DNA from: a bacterium
GTDB lineage: Bacteria; Patescibacteriota; Minisyncoccia; UBA6257; JAGOQP01
Direction: 5' to 3'
Length of the DNA: 64,000 nt
Assembly: GCA_021801825.1 (NCBI GenBank)
Contig: JAJYXK010000007.1
Span: 24,509-88,508, forward strand
Part shown: one piece after another, positions 61,538 through 64,000 of the stretch
How the letters are laid out: every line of letters begins with the position of its first letter
How positions within the stretch are numbered: position 1 is the first letter of the stretch
The notes under the pieces: generated by a model
Database searches by the model: none
The model's input: the letters and a program-made list of their open reading frames with translations, nothing else
Told to the model about the DNA's origin: nothing
Translations under genes and position numbers: made by a program

Positions 61538-62578
61538 ATGAAATTATTTGATAAATTTAAAACAGATATCGGAATTGACCTTGGAACCGCAAATACACTT
61601 GTATATATCAAGGGGGAGGGCATTGTTATCAATGAACCAACTATTGCCTCAGTAAATGAAAAAACAGGACAAACACTTGCGGTAGGAGAAGAAGCAAAAC
61701 GAATGATGGGCCGCACGCCGAATCATATTAATGTGGTTAGACCGCTCATAAATGGAGTTATCTCTGACTTTGTGATGACACAGGAAATTTTGAAGCAGTA
61801 TATGAAGCGTGTGAAAAACGATTCATTATTTAAATATATTCGCGCGGTGGTGGCCATCCCCACCAACCTCACTGAAGTTGAGCGTAAATCCGTGGAAGAT
61901 GCGGTAATTTCTGCCGGAGCTTCTAGCGTGTATCTTCTAGAAGAACCAATCGCTGCAGTGTTAGGAGCTCGCCTCCCTATTAATGAGCCAACCGCAAGTA
62001 TGGTGGTTGATATCGGAGGAGGAACTACTGAAATTGCAATTATTTCTATGGGGGGCGTCGTGGTTTCTAAAAGCTTAAAGATAGCGGGAGATCGTTTTAA
62101 TGAAGAGATTATTAGGTTTGTACGAGATGAGTTTAAAATGTTAATAGGGGAACCAACTGCAGAGCGAATTAAAATAGAGATAGGATCGGCACTCCCGGGA
62201 ACAGAGAAATTAGAAACACTTATCTCGGGGCGTGATTTGTCATCAGGACTTCCGCGAGAAGTTACTATCCGCGATATTCAGGTTCGAGCAATTCTCTTGC
62301 CGCTGTTAAAGCAAATGATAGAAGCTATCCGTGATATTATAGAAAAGACTCCCCCAGAGCTTTCAGGAGACATATTACGTCACGGTATTTATTTTTCGGG
62401 TGGAGGGAGTCTATTGCGTGGGCTTATTGAGTTGGTAGAAAAAGAATTAGCGGTGAAAACGATACTAGTAGATGATCCGCTTACCTGTGTGGTTCGAGGA
62501 ACGGGGATCGCCGCGGAAAATATTGATGCGCACAAAAATGTATTTTCGCTTCTCGTTAAACCAATCGTGTTGGAATAG
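61538..62578 (+). CDS. mreB: Rod shape-determining protein MreB
   Basis: GIDLGTANT, VDIGGGTTE, GGGSLL. Confidence 0.97.
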   Translation: MKLFDKFKTDIGIDLGTANTLVYIKGEGIVINEPTIASVNEKTGQTLAVGEEAKRMMGRTPNHINVVRPLINGVISDFVMTQEILKQYMKRVKNDSLFKYIRAVVAIPTNLTEVERKSVEDAVISAGASSVYLLEEPIAAVLGARLPINEPTASMVVDIGGGTTEIAIISMGGVVVSKSLKIAGDRFNEEIIRFVRDEFKMLIGEPTAERIKIEIGSALPGTEKLETLISGRDLSSGLPREVTIRDIQVRAILLPLLKQMIEAIRDIIEKTPPELSGDILRHGIYFSGGGSLLRGLIELVEKELAVKTILVDDPLTCVVRGTGIAAENIDAHKNVFSLLVKPIVLE

Positions 62579-62620
62579 TGAGGTGTAGGTATAGTAAGTA
62601 GTTAGTTTTTTACGAAATCC

Positions 62621-63295
62621 ATGAAATATATTCAATTTATTCTTATTCTCATGTGTTTGCTAATTGGTACTAGTGTATTTGCGACCTCAGTATTTATAAA
62701 AAAACCGAGTTTTCTTATGGGCCAGATTCAGGGATTATTTTCAAACGTGTCGCTTGATGATCAAAAGCGGTTGATTCAAGAGAATGAAGATTTAAGGAAT
62801 AAATTATATGCGCGAGAACATACTATAACCATTGCTTCATCAGGGACCATGCAAGCCAAAGTGTTCTCACTATATCCATTTAATACCAAAAACCGTCTTT
62901 TTATTGATAAGGGGCTACAAGATGGTCTACAGGTAGGAAGTATTGCTCTTTTTTCTGAAAGAGTTTTTGCGGGTCAGGTACAGAATGTAACAAAAACTAC
63001 GGGTGAGGTGGCAACGGTGTTTGACGGGGGACTCAGTGTTCCAGTGCGTATCGGGAGTCAGGAAGTAAATGGATTACTACAAGGAGGAGTCAACCCACAA
63101 ATTACTCTTATTGATAAAGCAAAGAAGGTACAAGTAGGAGATGTGATTATAACTGCAGCAAAGGATATGCCTTATGGATTAACCGTAGGAGCGATACGAG
63201 AGGTGCACGAAGATTCTTTAGGGGCATTTTTGGAGGCAACCATTGAACTTCCGTATACCATTAATGATTTGCGTACCATTTTATTAACGCAATAA
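62621..63295 (+). CDS. mreC: Rod shape-determining protein MreC
   Basis: L.QENE.LR, IDKG..DG, VGD.I.T, P.GL.VG; follows mreB. Confidence 0.85.
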   Translation: MKYIQFILILMCLLIGTSVFATSVFIKKPSFLMGQIQGLFSNVSLDDQKRLIQENEDLRNKLYAREHTITIASSGTMQAKVFSLYPFNTKNRLFIDKGLQDGLQVGSIALFSERVFAGQVQNVTKTTGEVATVFDGGLSVPVRIGSQEVNGLLQGGVNPQITLIDKAKKVQVGDVIITAAKDMPYGLTVGAIREVHEDSLGAFLEATIELPYTINDLRTILLTQ

Positions 63296-63306
63296 AGATT
63301 TATAGT

Positions 63307-63768
63307 ATGACTCCTTCTGTACGAAATGAACTCTTGCACGGATGTATAATTCTGGTTGTTCTAATGTTACTCTCTCTTATCGTGAGCGCTCCATTATCCA
63401 TAAAACCAAATATATATTTAGTAGCTATTATATTTCTCGCGTTTACTTTTGATGAAATACTGATATTTTTTCTATTTTTATTGAGTGTGTTGGCATGGTT
63501 AAAATATATTCCCTCTGCAACCTCAGAACTTATAACATTGGGTAGTATGGGAATTGTGTTGTTTAGTGTACGTAAGGCACTCATTCGTGAATCGCATATG
63601 GGACTCATGGTGGGCACCTTGTTTGTGTTTCAGGCGGTATTCTGGGCATTCTTTTTTGAGAAACAAATCTTTCGTATGCCCTTTTTCCTAGAATTTTTTT
63701 ATAATGTATTAATATTGCTTATTTTTTACTCAGTGAATAGATTTTTTGCGAGAAGCAAGCTATCATGA
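63307..63768 (+). CDS. Putative MreD-like membrane protein
   Basis: Five-TM protein between mreC and a probable PBP2 (positional inference). Confidence 0.6.
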   Translation: MTPSVRNELLHGCIILVVLMLLSLIVSAPLSIKPNIYLVAIIFLAFTFDEILIFFLFLLSVLAWLKYIPSATSELITLGSMGIVLFSVRKALIRESHMGLMVGTLFVFQAVFWAFFFEKQIFRMPFFLEFFYNVLILLIFYSVNRFFARSKLS

Positions 63769-63803
63769 CGAGACTAGACTAATAGAATGGTCACGGTATA
63801 GAT

Positions 63804-64000
63804 ATGGGTAAAAAAGATTTCTTTTTAGAAGATATTGCGCTGGATGATTTTTCCGATGAATTGGGCGTGGTTGAGCGTCCGCTTTCCGAGAAATTATTTC
63901 GTATTTTTGGAATAGTTATGGCATTAGTAGTGGGCGCGGCAGGTATCCGCATCCTTTATTTTGGCGGTATCCGTGGGGGGGAATATCAAAGTCGTTCAGT
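63804..64000 (+). CDS. Probable penicillin-binding protein 2, N-terminus (partial)
   Basis: MGKKDFFLEDIALDD..ERPLSEK, TM, RILYF..IRGGEYQSRS; position after mreBCD. Confidence 0.6.
   Translation, partial: MGKKDFFLEDIALDDFSDELGVVERPLSEKLFRIFGIVMALVVGAAGIRILYFGGIRGGEYQSRS

Overview
Gene-dense, AT-rich bacterial chromosome segment using the standard code. It is most consistent with a reduced-genome Patescibacteria/CPR (Parcubacteria-like) organism: short ValRS, IF-2 and ProRS, tRNAs without encoded CCA, mostly SD-less core genes, and an unlinked 23S-5S locus. Core genes include typA, valS, murD, prsW, hsp20, recG, argS, mutY-like, infB, rbfA, ppsA, gpmI, rny, tpiA, holB, frr, rseP, proS, mreBCD and the start of a PBP2. 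RNA genes are 23S rRNA (with a 330-nt group I intron at the L2593-equivalent site), 5S rRNA and six tRNAs, one of them the unusual Arg-GCG. Two loci stand out. (1) A tryptophan-centred island at 28.5-34.5 kb: a TrpRS - PLP decarboxylase - tRNA-Trp operon lies back-to-back with an unannotated WAWW leader peptide and attenuator placed ahead of a glutamate-cysteine-ligase-family gene. An M14 deacylase, a frameshifted methyltransferase-like gene and a YbaK protein are nearby. (2) A small GIY-YIG nuclease gene is bracketed by two copies of the 5' end of the adjacent tRNA-Ser, each interrupted at the same base by a 20-bp quasi-palindrome; the same 20-mer also sits inside a protein-coding gene 33 kb away. 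All calls come from reading motifs by eye; no database searches were run.
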